Virus record (IMG/VR): IMGVR_UViG_2906454065_000003 | Location: 1-64,000 of that record | DNA: 64,000 bases | Strand: one strand, 5' to 3' | From: a virus | Shown: one piece after another, positions 45,604 to 55,769 of the stretch | Position numbering within the stretch: the stretch's first letter is position 1 | Layout of the letters: the number at the start of each line of letters is the position of its first letter | Program-made: the position numbers and the translations under genes | Notes under the pieces: generated by a model | Told to the model about the DNA's origin: nothing | The model's input: the letters and a program-made list of their open reading frames with translations, nothing else | The model's database searches: none

Positions 45604-45843
45604 ATGGCAGAATATAAAGTTGAAGTAGATTTGTCGGACTTGTTCGATGATATGACCATCAACGAGCAGAAGAACTTTTTAGTAGAAAAGTTCAGTTCCT
45701 TACCTATAAACAAGATGGTTGAAGTAGCTGGAGAAATACTGGATAACCTTAATGGCGACCAAGTAGCTAAAGTTATAGAAGACGCTTTCGATAACTTGCA
45801 TGAGCAAGGTCAAGAGCAAGTAATCAACTATGTGAACGAATAA
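45604..45843 (+). CDS. hypothetical protein
   Basis: 79-aa ORF. Confidence 0.4.
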   Translation: MAEYKVEVDLSDLFDDMTINEQKNFLVEKFSSLPINKMVEVAGEILDNLNGDQVAKVIEDAFDNLHEQGQEQVINYVNE

Positions 45844-45847
45844 GGCT

Positions 45848-46048
45848 ATGATGTCCGACAAACAATATAGAGTTGCTCGCAAGGGTGTTGTCGAGCAACT
45901 TAAATTAGCTCAGAGACTTCATTGCAAGCACATGGAGCAGAAGTATAAAGTGGCTTTGGAGAAGTTAGAGAAACGCTTCTTAAAACCGGATGCCGTGGGA
46001 TGCTTCGATTTGGGCGCAAGGGTATCAAATAGTTATTATCATCTTTAA
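45848..46048 (+). CDS. hypothetical protein
   Basis: 66-aa ORF. Confidence 0.35.
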   Translation: MMSDKQYRVARKGVVEQLKLAQRLHCKHMEQKYKVALEKLEKRFLKPDAVGCFDLGARVSNSYYHL

Positions 46049-46059
46049 ATGGTTAGATT

Positions 46060-46281
46060 ATGAAAATAGCTGATATTAATGATTTGAAACTAGAGCAATG
46101 GATCAGACAGAGAAACTCTGCTCAAATCATGTGGAAAGCCAAAGATGGTAGAGAAATACCGATTAAGGATATGTCAGATACTCATCTATCTAACACGATA
46201 AATATGCTAGAAAGAAAATATGATGCAGAAGAACATCTTTACGAGATAGACCCTCTAATGGACTTTGGTGCAAACGATTAA
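46060..46281 (+). CDS. hypothetical protein
   Basis: 73-aa ORF. Confidence 0.4.
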   Translation: MKIADINDLKLEQWIRQRNSAQIMWKAKDGREIPIKDMSDTHLSNTINMLERKYDAEEHLYEIDPLMDFGAND

Positions 46282-46301
46282 CAAATAAAAAGGTAAGTAA
46301 T

Positions 46302-47249
46302 ATGGAAACAAAAATAAACATAGCGAAAATATTAAAGAATAAGCCAGAAGGTACGAAACTCTGGACTGATATGTTTGGAAGTGTTACGTTATATGTCGTT
46401 ACTGATGCATGTGATGCTTTTCAAGTTAAGCATCATAATAAAGATCCATGGTTCGATGAAGACGGTAAATTGTACAAGGAAGGAGTTTTGTGCATCTACC
46501 CTAGCAAATCAATGCGTAATTGGGAAAAATTCTCTTGGAAGAAGGGCGATGTGCTTATCAGTGATTGTGGATTTATGTGCATTTTCAAAGAATGGGCATC
46601 TGATGACTATACAAAGTTCAACGGATGTTATTTTGATGGCATGCCAAATACAGAAACGGCTAAGTATAGCAAGGTGGATAACAATATTGCCTATGGTTAT
46701 ATCAGAGATATTGAGAATAGATGTGGCGGTAAGTTAAACCTTGAAACTTTGGAAATTGAAAAGAAGACTAAGTTCGAGGATGGTGATATAGCTTTTGCCG
46801 ACTATGGTAATAGACAATATGTATTTATAGTATCAGGCGAAACTGGTTTATCAGAAGGTTATAATTCATCTATTTATTTAGATTTAAGTAGTCCAACTTC
46901 GAGTATGGCATTCAGAACTAGTTTCTTTAAGAAAGACCTTTGTGAACTTCGCCTTGCCACAGAAGAAGAGAAAACAGCTCTTTTCTCAGCTCTCGAAAAG
47001 AAATGCGAGGCTTGGGATAGTGAGCATAAAATGATTGTGGACTTACCTAAGAATTGTGAGTTTAAGCCATTCGATAAGGTAATATGTCGTGATAGTGATG
47101 CTGATATATGGAAAGCAAGCTTCTTTTCTCATTATGATGAGAGAGCGTATTTCCCATTTTTTTGTAACAATTGTGGTTATAAATATTGTCTCCCTTATAA
47201 TGATGAAACTGCAAAGTTGATTGGTACAACAAATAACGTGGAGGGCTAG
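46302..47249 (+). CDS. hypothetical protein (paralog of 5430..6455)
   Basis: 315 aa, collinear with 5430..6455. Confidence 0.55.
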   Translation: METKINIAKILKNKPEGTKLWTDMFGSVTLYVVTDACDAFQVKHHNKDPWFDEDGKLYKEGVLCIYPSKSMRNWEKFSWKKGDVLISDCGFMCIFKEWASDDYTKFNGCYFDGMPNTETAKYSKVDNNIAYGYIRDIENRCGGKLNLETLEIEKKTKFEDGDIAFADYGNRQYVFIVSGETGLSEGYNSSIYLDLSSPTSSMAFRTSFFKKDLCELRLATEEEKTALFSALEKKCEAWDSEHKMIVDLPKNCEFKPFDKVICRDSDADIWKASFFSHYDERAYFPFFCNNCGYKYCLPYNDETAKLIGTTNNVEG

Positions 47250-47251
47250 GT

Positions 47252-47578
47252 ATGAAAGAGCTTAAAGATTTGGTTACTGGTGATGAGGTACTAGTTACAG
47301 GTATGTCTTACAGACGTATCGCCAAGGTTGATAAAGTGACAAAGACTCAAATTGTTGTTGATAACGCTAGATTTAGAAGAAATTCGGGTTGGCAATGTGG
47401 TAGCGATATGTGGAATAAGAGAAGAGTATCTGTTCCAACAGAAAAGGAAATATCAGATATTAAAGAAGAGATTTTTCGCAAGAAACTCATCTACGCTATC
47501 AGTTCTTTTGATTTCAAACGCTTATCAACAGATGAGTTAAAACAAGTGTACAATATTGTAAAAGGCAAAGAAAAATGA
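47252..47578 (+). CDS. hypothetical protein
   Basis: 108-aa ORF. Confidence 0.45.
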   Translation: MKELKDLVTGDEVLVTGMSYRRIAKVDKVTKTQIVVDNARFRRNSGWQCGSDMWNKRRVSVPTEKEISDIKEEIFRKKLIYAISSFDFKRLSTDELKQVYNIVKGKEK

Positions 47579-47919
47579 AAAAGAATAAACACTCATTAAA
47601 TATAAGTCGTAGCTACTTTGGCGATACTACCCTTGATGGTTATCCTATAGCTACATATTCAAATGATGAATTGAAGATTCTAAAGAACCTGCTAGAAAAG
47701 GTTCTGTGTGAAGTAAATGAATATATAAAAGACTAGGCGTATGAAACAGAAGTTGAAAATGATATGGCGAATCCTCCGTGACAGACAGGTTGTAGTAATA
47801 ACCGAAGACCACGGAAGAATGTACTATAATTGGAGCACTAGAAGTATATCAGACGTACTTCAAATGTGTCACAAGGTATGTGAAATGGCTCTTATGATGG
47901 ATAATAAAAAGTAAAACGT

Positions 47920-48354
47920 ATGGATAAATTAGAATATATTCCAGGAGATATAGTAAAAATTGAATATGGAAAAGCTACTGGAAAAATAGGTTTCGTAACA
48001 ATTACTTTTTTAAGAAGAAAAGGTTGCTATAGTCTTGTTGTATTTATTGGTAAAGGGTTTCAAGGTTCTTCTAAAGACGATTGGATTCAAACTTATAATG
48101 ATGAGGTATCTCCGATTCCTCTCACTACTGAGATTCTAGAGAAGAATGGATGGAGAACACAAAACAGATGGTACTATTACTTAGATGTAGCAGAAGGGTT
48201 TATTTCTTATATTGGGATAGACTTTAAGCATAAATCTAATAAAGGTCATCTATATGTAGAGGTTGATGGAAATAATATGGTAGAGATACAATACTGCCAC
48301 GAACTCCAGCATTTTCTCTTCGGTCTAGGACTTAACTCAGAAATGGAGGTGTAG
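47920..48354 (+). CDS. hypothetical protein
   Basis: 144-aa ORF. Confidence 0.45.
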   Translation: MDKLEYIPGDIVKIEYGKATGKIGFVTITFLRRKGCYSLVVFIGKGFQGSSKDDWIQTYNDEVSPIPLTTEILEKNGWRTQNRWYYYLDVAEGFISYIGIDFKHKSNKGHLYVEVDGNNMVEIQYCHELQHFLFGLGLNSEMEV

Positions 48355-48478
48355 GTATGAGTGTAGCAACACAAGTAAATTACCATTGCCCTTTCTACGG
48401 AAGAAAATGTTACCAATGCGGTTATTGGAATCGTAGAGGAAATGAATGTGAGATAATAACTCATCAAGACAGAAAGAT

Positions 48479-48811
48479 TTGATGTTTAACCTAACATTTA
48501 AAGATATGACAAAAGAAGAATTAGAAGCAAAGGTTACTAAGAAACAAAATCTTATTAATGCTATAAATGACGAGATTCTTTCTTACGTAACGGAATACAT
48601 TGAGGGCTTACCATACAAGGTTGGCGATAAAGTTAGCTGCTCTAGATGTGATGTTTGTTGGATTGAGACCATCACACCAGAACAATATAATAGTTACTAT
48701 ACAGGCGATATTGTAATAAGAATCAACCCAGCCAAGAAAGATGGCACTCGCTCGAATAGATTGTTTGTACTATTTGGCATGGAAATCGATAGCATCAAGA
48801 AGATTGATTAA
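48479..48811 (+). CDS. hypothetical protein
   Basis: 110-aa ORF. Confidence 0.45.
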   Translation: MMFNLTFKDMTKEELEAKVTKKQNLINAINDEILSYVTEYIEGLPYKVGDKVSCSRCDVCWIETITPEQYNSYYTGDIVIRINPAKKDGTRSNRLFVLFGMEIDSIKKID

Positions 48812-49016
48812 CCATCCTGCAAAGGATATAAATAGATAGTAATATGGAAATAATACCAGCTTGTATCAACTGTAAGCATATAAAACGACAATATGGCGTC
48901 TTATATTGTGATGTTGATAAGTCAAGAGTAGAAGAATCTGATTGTTGCGATGGTGATAATTGGAATTTTGAAAGTATATTTAAATAAACTAACCACCCTC
49001 TACTTGGCAACAGGGA

Positions 49017-49024
49017 GGGGGGGG
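49017..49024. repeat. poly-G(8) tract 24 nt upstream of the ATG at 49048
   Basis: CAGGGAGGGGGGGGAGGGAAGAAGAGAAAATGGAAGTATGG. Intergenic. Confidence 0.85.
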
Positions 49025-49047
49025 AGGGAAGAAGAGAAAATGGAAGT

Positions 49048-49353
49048 ATGGATAAGAAAGAGAAATCAATCAATAGTCATATTGGTAAGGCTATAGGCTA
49101 TTCAGATAAAGCTCATTACGAGTTGCAAACCGCTCTAAATATTGCTTTGGAAGGAAAAGGGCTTAGTGACGAGGAAAAGGAACTTCTAAGCGTTGACTTT
49201 GCAACGGGACCAGAAGAAGCCGTAGAGCGTGTTGCTGATGGTAGTTGTAATGATGAACATACCAGTGCCTGGGATAGCTCAATTAGAGACTGCCGAATAT
49301 CTGAGGTATATCGCATGACAGGTGAGCAGATACGTGAATATTTTAATTTGTAA
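49048..49353 (+). CDS. hypothetical protein
   Basis: 101-aa ORF. Confidence 0.45.
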   Translation: MDKKEKSINSHIGKAIGYSDKAHYELQTALNIALEGKGLSDEEKELLSVDFATGPEEAVERVADGSCNDEHTSAWDSSIRDCRISEVYRMTGEQIREYFNL

Positions 49354-49355
49354 CT

Positions 49356-49715
49356 ATGGATAAGAAGAAAGTTAAAGAGCTGATACAAGAAGTTATCAAC
49401 AGCAATATTGATAGCTTGGAATTTGGATGCGATAAGCATAATGCTCCTTTGAGAAAGGCAAATAGCTTATTGCATGATGCTTTGATAGAGTTAGGAAAGT
49501 CAGACTGGGTATCTGTTGAGGATGGGTTGCCACCTTATGGAGAGAATGTTCTTGCTATATCAAAAGATGGGTATATGAATGTGTCTTACAGACGTAAGAT
49601 TCCAAGAGATAAAATTAGTAGAGAGGTTATGGATGATAACGGATTCATTCTAAACTTCAATTTGCATTGTAGCACTATCACTCATTGGAAACCTATTGAT
49701 AAGTTGGAGGAATAG
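49356..49715 (+). CDS. hypothetical protein
   Basis: 119-aa ORF. Confidence 0.45.
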   Translation: MDKKKVKELIQEVINSNIDSLEFGCDKHNAPLRKANSLLHDALIELGKSDWVSVEDGLPPYGENVLAISKDGYMNVSYRRKIPRDKISREVMDDNGFILNFNLHCSTITHWKPIDKLEE

Positions 49716-49717
49716 TT

Positions 49718-49939
49718 ATGGATAAAAACGTTTGTGATAACACATTAGTCTTTGGCAGTTGCCATGCTAGAAGCTGTATTGAAGTACCTTCTTTGAACGC
49801 AGGAAAGGCTAAATGGAAGGCTTTCTATGATAAGTTCCCTTGGCTTAAAGGTCAACCTTTCTATCTTAGACGTTCATGCTTCTGGGATGGAGGTGAAAGA
49901 AATCTGAAGGCAATAAAAATAAAACTTAAAAAGATATAG
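49718..49939 (+). CDS. hypothetical protein
   Basis: 73 aa, Cys-rich. Confidence 0.4.
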   Translation: MDKNVCDNTLVFGSCHARSCIEVPSLNAGKAKWKAFYDKFPWLKGQPFYLRRSCFWDGGERNLKAIKIKLKKI

Positions 49940-49941
49940 TT

Positions 49942-50130
49942 ATGGCATGGGTAGCAGTTAATTATCATGGTGTGGAAGTTATTCTTTCAGATAGACCGAA
50001 GAAATTATTCCGTAGGTTATGGGGCAATGATAAAACCCAGATAATTCCTCTTCCACAAGGCTCTATCAAGAAGCTCATCGGAAGAGAGCTGTCTTGGCAA
50101 GATGAGCCAGTTGAACTTAAAGAAGAATAG
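49942..50130 (+). CDS. hypothetical small protein (paralog of 1608..1829)
   Basis: PQGSIKKLIGRELSWQDEPVELKEE. Confidence 0.5.
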   Translation: MAWVAVNYHGVEVILSDRPKKLFRRLWGNDKTQIIPLPQGSIKKLIGRELSWQDEPVELKEE

Positions 50131-50386
50131 CTTATGTTTGGATTTTATGTTATACTTACCCTAGCTGTTCTATATATAGCTTTTATGGGTGGAGTTATCG
50201 GTTATTTAATTGGTAAATATTGGAAGAGATAAATATGAGCATGCAAATATGTAAGGAAGCCTATCAAGAATTGATAGACGGAGATATAGAATGGCTTCTT
50301 AGACAGCCTAGAGACCTCGAAAGAGACCATATAGAGACAGTGCTAAGAAAGAGTGTTGAACTTTTATACGGAAAGGAGAAATAGAT

Positions 50387-50701
50387 ATGGAAGTATTAAA
50401 AGACATAAGTCAGTTAACAAAAGGTTGCGGAGTGACATTTATTAAAAATGATATTTTCCACTTCTACGAGTACCTTATGGTACACCCTAATCGTGAAACC
50501 TATTATCTTTTTATAGATAACTGGACGCAAGACGTTGTACGAATACACGTCAGCGAACTCTTAAATGGAGATTACTATATAGGTGAATATGATACTGTTT
50601 TCGTTAATAAAAAGATGATAGAATTTTATAAACGTATGATTCAGTGTCACGAGAAGAGAATTAAAGAGAGTTTAAAGAAAAATAGTTATGGCAACATATA
50701 G
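50387..50701 (+). CDS. hypothetical protein
   Basis: 104-aa ORF. Confidence 0.45.
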   Translation: MEVLKDISQLTKGCGVTFIKNDIFHFYEYLMVHPNRETYYLFIDNWTQDVVRIHVSELLNGDYYIGEYDTVFVNKKMIEFYKRMIQCHEKRIKESLKKNSYGNI

Positions 50702-50942
50702 AATAGTAGACATGTATCGCAAAAGCAAGGCTGTTAAAGGCATACATTACGATTCTCAGGATAATCCAATCCTTGCTTATCGTGTAGATAAGAGACATTC
50801 ATTGTTATTTGGACTTATCCATTATTGGGATTATGGTGCATATAACCTTTGCCCAACGTATTTGTTTTCTTCTATCGGTAAAGCAAAAGAAGCTATATTA
50901 AAGGTAGATAAAAGTAAAAGAATAACAATTTTATATGAATAG
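50688..50942 (+). CDS. hypothetical protein
   Basis: 84-aa ORF. Confidence 0.4.
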   Translation: MATYRIVDMYRKSKAVKGIHYDSQDNPILAYRVDKRHSLLFGLIHYWDYGAYNLCPTYLFSSIGKAKEAILKVDKSKRITILYE

Positions 50943-50945
50943 CTT

Positions 50946-51329
50946 ATGAAAATAAAAAACATAAAATTCAAGGCTAAGCAGCTCAACTCAGGAAAATGGT
51001 TTGAGGGCGATTTAGTACGTCTTGGGAATAGGGTATGTATAGGAGGAGACCATATAAAAGATGGTATAACTGACGTTGACCCTTCTACAGTCTGTATGTT
51101 CACAGGGTTGAAAGATTGTGAAGGAAATGAGACTTGGGAAGGTGATATTCTACAGGATGTTGATGATGACGATATTAAGTATGTTGTTATTTTCGATGTA
51201 GGCGCATTCCTTGCACGAAAGGAAGGTCTATATACAAGTATTCCTCTTCACGAATGTGTAGGTAGCTTGGGTAATGATGTAATAACTTATGCAAAAGTTG
51301 TCGGCAATAAATTCGATAAGAAGGAGTAG
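50946..51329 (+). CDS. conserved phage protein (paralog of 3070..3468)
   Basis: MKIKNIKFKAKQL...TVCMFTGLKDCEGNETWEGD...VVGNKFDKKE. The TAGCGTATG junction follows. Confidence 0.55.
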   Translation: MKIKNIKFKAKQLNSGKWFEGDLVRLGNRVCIGGDHIKDGITDVDPSTVCMFTGLKDCEGNETWEGDILQDVDDDDIKYVVIFDVGAFLARKEGLYTSIPLHECVGSLGNDVITYAKVVGNKFDKKE

Positions 51330-51665
51330 CGTATGAAGCGTATAAAAAGTATATTCTCTATGTTTGCTTATTGGGATAGAGTACATCAATTCCCAGACGG
51401 GCATATTAAAGTAGAAAATAATTTAGCTTGGAGAAGAAAACATATGCATGTTCGCAGTAGTAATAAACAAATACCTTTTTAGCGTATGAAAAAAGAAACA
51501 AGAAATGTAGTAGTTCTCGATTGGGAGGATAAAATTAAGCTACAACAATTTATCAAGGATTTGGAACAAATCTCTGAGACTTACCAAAGGCCTTGTAAGG
51601 AACTTACAGGTATCAATAATACAATTTACTATCTCAAAACGATTGAGGAGGAAATTAATTAAGAT

Positions 51666-51923
51666 ATGAGACTTTTAAAGAAAGATAAGCTAACGGCATA
51701 TTGGGATAAGAAAGAGAACTGCATTGGTGCTTATCATCCTCTAGGGTTTATGACTCAAACAGATGCTCATTATCTTTTCGATAAGGTCTTCACCAAAGAG
51801 TTTGTCAAAGAAATGACTGATAGAGGATATGATGTTACAACGATGAAGTTTGAAATCTCTCCCAAGTTGCCGAACTATGAGCGATTCAACGGCTTATCAG
51901 AGAAGTATTACGGAAAGAAATAG
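51666..51923 (+). CDS. hypothetical protein
   Basis: 85-aa ORF. Confidence 0.4.
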   Translation: MRLLKKDKLTAYWDKKENCIGAYHPLGFMTQTDAHYLFDKVFTKEFVKEMTDRGYDVTTMKFEISPKLPNYERFNGLSEKYYGKK

Positions 51924-51929
51924 TAGCGT

Positions 51930-52163
51930 ATGAAGAATAAGATTTTAAACTTAATTAAGTCAGCCGTTTGGTTTGTCTTGTGTTTGTTTGTAGGAGCATT
52001 GATTTTTGAGGGCATTCGCTCTTTGGCTAATAGCAATGAACCTGCAAAGAAGATTGGTATGTCAGTATTCACTGAGGAAGGACACGATTATCTGGTTGTG
52101 GACACGAAACATGGTGTTTGCGTTATCCACGCTGAGAGTTGCCCTTGTCGTAAAAAGAAGTAG
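51930..52163 (+). CDS. small membrane protein (holin-like size)
   Basis: ILNLIKSAVWFVLCLFVGALIFEGI is a TM helix. 77 aa. Confidence 0.4.
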   Translation: MKNKILNLIKSAVWFVLCLFVGALIFEGIRSLANSNEPAKKIGMSVFTEEGHDYLVVDTKHGVCVIHAESCPCRKKK

Positions 52164-52178
52164 CGTATAGAAAATAAT

Positions 52179-52472
52179 ATGTTTGAAGATATTGTTGCTG
52201 AAGGCAATATAGTTGTGATAAATAATAATTGGATTGTGTTATGTAAGTGTTGGAAACCAGAATATCATAATCTGTTCTGTTATCTTTATCTCCATAAGGA
52301 ATATAAGAATTTAATGGTAGGCTCTCATTTCACAATGACCGAGGATAAAAAGAAATCTACTCGGTTGGCTACCAACGAGGAGCGTCTTATGCTTTTTGAA
52401 GAAATGTTCAAGTATGGAATTACTTTCGATAAGCACGAACATCGTTTGATTGGAAAGTTAGTTGGTGTATGA
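52179..52472 (+). CDS. hypothetical protein
   Basis: 97-aa ORF. Confidence 0.4.
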   Translation: MFEDIVAEGNIVVINNNWIVLCKCWKPEYHNLFCYLYLHKEYKNLMVGSHFTMTEDKKKSTRLATNEERLMLFEEMFKYGITFDKHEHRLIGKLVGV

Positions 52473-52642
52473 AGATTAGATTAGCTAAGAAGATAATGAA
52501 GCAAGCTCGTCATCTAAGTACGGCAAGTGATTATTGGTACAGAAGATTAAGAGATTTTGAGTACAAAATATGCTATGGTTTTGTTGGTAAAAAAGACCAC
52601 CGCATCACCAAGGCGATAAGTTTAACAAATAAAAAGAAATGA
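52469..52642 (+). CDS. small basic protein, MKIRLAKKI family (third paralog)
   Basis: The ATG at 52469 overlaps the previous stop (ATGA). MKIRLAKKIMKQARHLSTASDYWYRRLRDFEY. 57 aa, below the track cutoff. Confidence 0.4.
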   Translation: MKIRLAKKIMKQARHLSTASDYWYRRLRDFEYKICYGFVGKKDHRITKAISLTNKKK

Positions 52643-52645
52643 GAT

Positions 52646-53851
52646 ATGAATGAGTTTACAAAGATTTTCGCAAAGACAATAGAAGATGAAGCTATCAAAC
52701 AGATAGAAACCCTATCTAATAGCGAGGCTTACAATAGTTGTAAAATAAGAATAATGCCAGATTGCCATGCAGGTAAAGGATGCACTATTGGCACGGTAAT
52801 AGAGCTTGATAACAGAGTAGTTCCTAACACTGTTGGAGTAGATATAGGCTGCGGCATGAAAGTCGTAAGACTTGGTAAAGTTGATATTGACTTGCAGAAA
52901 TTTGATGAAGCAGTCAATAAGTTGATTCCGTCTGGTTTTAATGTCAACGAGGGAGAAGTATCAGCCTGCATAAACGGATTGGTTGATGGTTGTATGTTTG
53001 GCAAATTCCGTGCTTGGGATTGTCTTGACAGCATGGAAATAGTATATCGTTCTGTTGGAAGTCTTGGCGGTGGCAATCACTTTATTGAGTTAGATGCAAA
53101 TGAAGAAGGAGAGAAGTTTCTTGTGATACATACAGGAAGTAGAAACCTTGGTGTTAGGGTATGCAACTATTACCAAAAACTTGCCTACGAGTATTGCCGT
53201 AAGAAAATAGCTGATAAGTCTGAGGTTATTGCCAAGCTAAAAAGCGAAGGCAGAGAAAATGAGATACAGAGTGTTATTAAGTCATTAGGTACTAAAAATA
53301 TAAGCAAGGAACTTTCTTACTTGGAAGGTGATTTGCTCAATGACTACCTCAATGATATGCGCATAGTTCAAAAATATGCTGAACGAAACAGAATGATTAT
53401 CGCCAACAGACTTGTAAATGCTTTAGGTGTAGATATTGATGCTAATTCAGATAAGTATTCTTTTACAACCATTCACAACTATATAGATACAGACAAGGGT
53501 ATATTGCGAAAGGGAGCTATCAGTGCAAAAAAGGATGAGGTAGTCATTATCCCAATGAATATGCGTGATGGTTCTCTTATCTGCAAGGGAAAAGGTAACA
53601 AAGATTGGCTATGCTCTGCCCCTCATGGCGCAGGTAGATTAATGTCTCGTACACAGGCAAAGAAAGAGTTATCTATGGATTCTTACAAGAATGAAATGAA
53701 TGGTATTTATTCCACATCAGTTTGTGAAGAAACCATTGATGAAGCACCTATGGCATACAAGCCAACCGAAGAGATTGTTGAGTTAATCAAACCTACGGTT
53801 GATGTCATTGATGTCATTAAGCCAATTTACAACTTCAAAGCAAAATTATAA
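52646..53851 (+). CDS. rtcB: RtcB-family RNA ligase
   Basis: MPDCHAGKGCTIG (RtcB MPD.H.G.G), GVDIGCGM and GGGNHFIEL are conserved metal-binding and active-site motifs. 401 aa. Confidence 0.75.
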   Translation: MNEFTKIFAKTIEDEAIKQIETLSNSEAYNSCKIRIMPDCHAGKGCTIGTVIELDNRVVPNTVGVDIGCGMKVVRLGKVDIDLQKFDEAVNKLIPSGFNVNEGEVSACINGLVDGCMFGKFRAWDCLDSMEIVYRSVGSLGGGNHFIELDANEEGEKFLVIHTGSRNLGVRVCNYYQKLAYEYCRKKIADKSEVIAKLKSEGRENEIQSVIKSLGTKNISKELSYLEGDLLNDYLNDMRIVQKYAERNRMIIANRLVNALGVDIDANSDKYSFTTIHNYIDTDKGILRKGAISAKKDEVVIIPMNMRDGSLICKGKGNKDWLCSAPHGAGRLMSRTQAKKELSMDSYKNEMNGIYSTSVCEETIDEAPMAYKPTEEIVELIKPTVDVIDVIKPIYNFKAKL

Positions 53852-54063
53852 TGAGCAAGGAAACTGGGAGGAAGTGGAAGAATGAAAAAGAAGTATAGTT
53901 TCGCAAACGCCAAGCCTGTTCCTTTCGGAAAGATAGACTATTGGTTTCGTGTTGGTCAGTGTGGATGCCATAAGACGGACTACAAGCCGAACCTAATGGA
54001 CAAGCGAAAGTTTATGGCTGAGTTAAGAAGAGACAGTAACATAATGATTAAAACATTCTGAGT

Positions 54064-54414
54064 TTGGAAAAGAAAGTATTGACCCTATCCGTCAGCAAGC
54101 AGTGGTTCGATATGATTGCTGACGAAAGAAAGGATGAAGAGTATCGGGAGATAAAGCCGTATTGGGCATCCCGACTTGTAAACCAGCAAGCCGAAGGCGG
54201 CGAAGTGCTTTTTGATGAGTACGGCGGTTATTGTTGTGTGACAGGTGAACCGGAATACAAGTCATTCACCCACGTTCTCTTCATCAACGGCTACCGCAAG
54301 GATAGTCCACGTATCGAAAAGGAAATCGAAGGTATCACCATCGGTAAGCCTAAAAAAGGTCTTTGCCCCGACAAATGGCTTGATACTGAGTTTTTTATTA
54401 TTAAATTTAAGTGA
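54064..54414 (+). CDS. ASCH-domain protein (second copy)
   Basis: LTLSVSKQWFDMIADERKDEEYREIKPYW is an ASCH-like N-terminus. Confidence 0.5.
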   Translation: MEKKVLTLSVSKQWFDMIADERKDEEYREIKPYWASRLVNQQAEGGEVLFDEYGGYCCVTGEPEYKSFTHVLFINGYRKDSPRIEKEIEGITIGKPKKGLCPDKWLDTEFFIIKFK

Positions 54415-54415
54415 T

Positions 54416-54622
54416 ATGAAAGTAAAGAATTTACCAAAGAAGATTTACCTCAATATCTGTAGCAATGAAGATGAGGTAGATTACAATGAGCTTAACGGAG
54501 TAACGTTCAGTACAGAAATGGTTGGTGTTACCGATTGTGATACGGAAAACGTTCCTTACGTGAATGCTGCATCATTATGGCACGACCTAAAAGAAGATAA
54601 GCCACCTTTAAAAAGTGGGTAA
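54416..54622 (+). CDS. hypothetical small protein
   Basis: The ATG at 54416 (MKVKNLPKK) directly follows the previous stop. 68 aa. Confidence 0.35.
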   Translation: MKVKNLPKKIYLNICSNEDEVDYNELNGVTFSTEMVGVTDCDTENVPYVNAASLWHDLKEDKPPLKSG

Positions 54623-54795
54623 TGTTCCGATATAGTGGAGGTGGCGTAAATCCTACGGCTCTTCATTATGGAGCAATGAGTGACGATATATGGGTTGTCA
54701 CAAGAGGAGACGGAACACAGCGTATCGAAGTTCTGTATGAGTGCTACGATAAGATTGAGTGGCTTGACTTTGATGAACTAAAATAGCGATAGCGT

Positions 54796-55023
54796 ATGAC
54801 AAATAAAGATTTTTTTAATGCGTATCGTGGAGAGCCTGTTCTTTATAAAGGTAATGATATTGGTGCATACGTTGCAGGGTATGTAGAGGAAAAGTATATT
54901 ATCCTTGGGTTCTATGATGATAAAGGATGTATCCTTGCCTTTAATACAGATGTGAATATAGATAAGATATATGTATCATACAGATTCGCAAAATTAAAGT
55001 ATTTGGAAGTAGTAAAACATTAG
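54796..55023 (+). CDS. hypothetical protein
   Basis: 75 aa. Preceded by TAGCGATAGCGTATG. Confidence 0.4.
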   Translation: MTNKDFFNAYRGEPVLYKGNDIGAYVAGYVEEKYIILGFYDDKGCILAFNTDVNIDKIYVSYRFAKLKYLEVVKH

Positions 55024-55027
55024 TAAT

Positions 55028-55369
55028 ATGGAAAAAGATAACAGTTGTTTTAAACTTTTATTTGTTCTTTTTATATTAGGAATTTTTGCTTATATGGGTG
55101 TTAACGATAGGTCTCATAAAGGTAAAACTTTTTGGTATGAAGTAATAGATAAACGAGAGTCTGTAGGAAGTCACTTCTCAATTATTAACAAGGGAGTGAG
55201 GACAGATTATAATATAATATTCAAACGAATTGATAACGGAAAGCTGTTCCCATGTAAAGATGTGGAGTATGGAGACTATATTCAATATCAGTTAAACTAC
55301 AAGTACTCCATAACAGAGGAAGATATGCAAAGGCTTTCAGGTATTTATAATAGGGATTTCTATAAGTAA
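55028..55369 (+). CDS. small membrane protein
   Basis: FKLLFVLFILGIFAYMGV is a TM helix. Confidence 0.45.
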   Translation: MEKDNSCFKLLFVLFILGIFAYMGVNDRSHKGKTFWYEVIDKRESVGSHFSIINKGVRTDYNIIFKRIDNGKLFPCKDVEYGDYIQYQLNYKYSITEEDMQRLSGIYNRDFYK

Positions 55370-55382
55370 TAAAAAAGAGAAT

Positions 55383-55754
55383 ATGAAGAAATATAAATAT
55401 ACGAACAAAGAGGAAAGACCAATACCCAAATATAAGAATGGAGATATTGCTTGGTATATTGATGGATGGTTTGATGCCCCACAACGCTGTATAGTAAAGG
55501 GATGCTGCAACGTATCTTGGTTTGAGGGGAACGAATTTAATTCTTCGGGTTGGTGGATAGATTATAAATACAAACCCGACTATTGTGAACGAGTTAAACA
55601 GCATTCAATTAGAGAGGAATCACTTTTTGATACCGAGCAAGAGGCTCTAATTGCATTGTTCGAGGAATTTAAAGATAAAGTAAAACGTAAATTAGAGTTC
55701 TTTAATAAAGAGTCAAAAAAGCTTGGTATTAAACAAGAGTTGCGATTGCTTTAA
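55383..55754 (+). CDS. hypothetical protein
   Basis: 123-aa ORF. Last + strand gene before the strand switch. Confidence 0.45.
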   Translation: MKKYKYTNKEERPIPKYKNGDIAWYIDGWFDAPQRCIVKGCCNVSWFEGNEFNSSGWWIDYKYKPDYCERVKQHSIREESLFDTEQEALIALFEEFKDKVKRKLEFFNKESKKLGIKQELRLL

Positions 55755-55769
55755 AAAGGGTAGGGGAAG

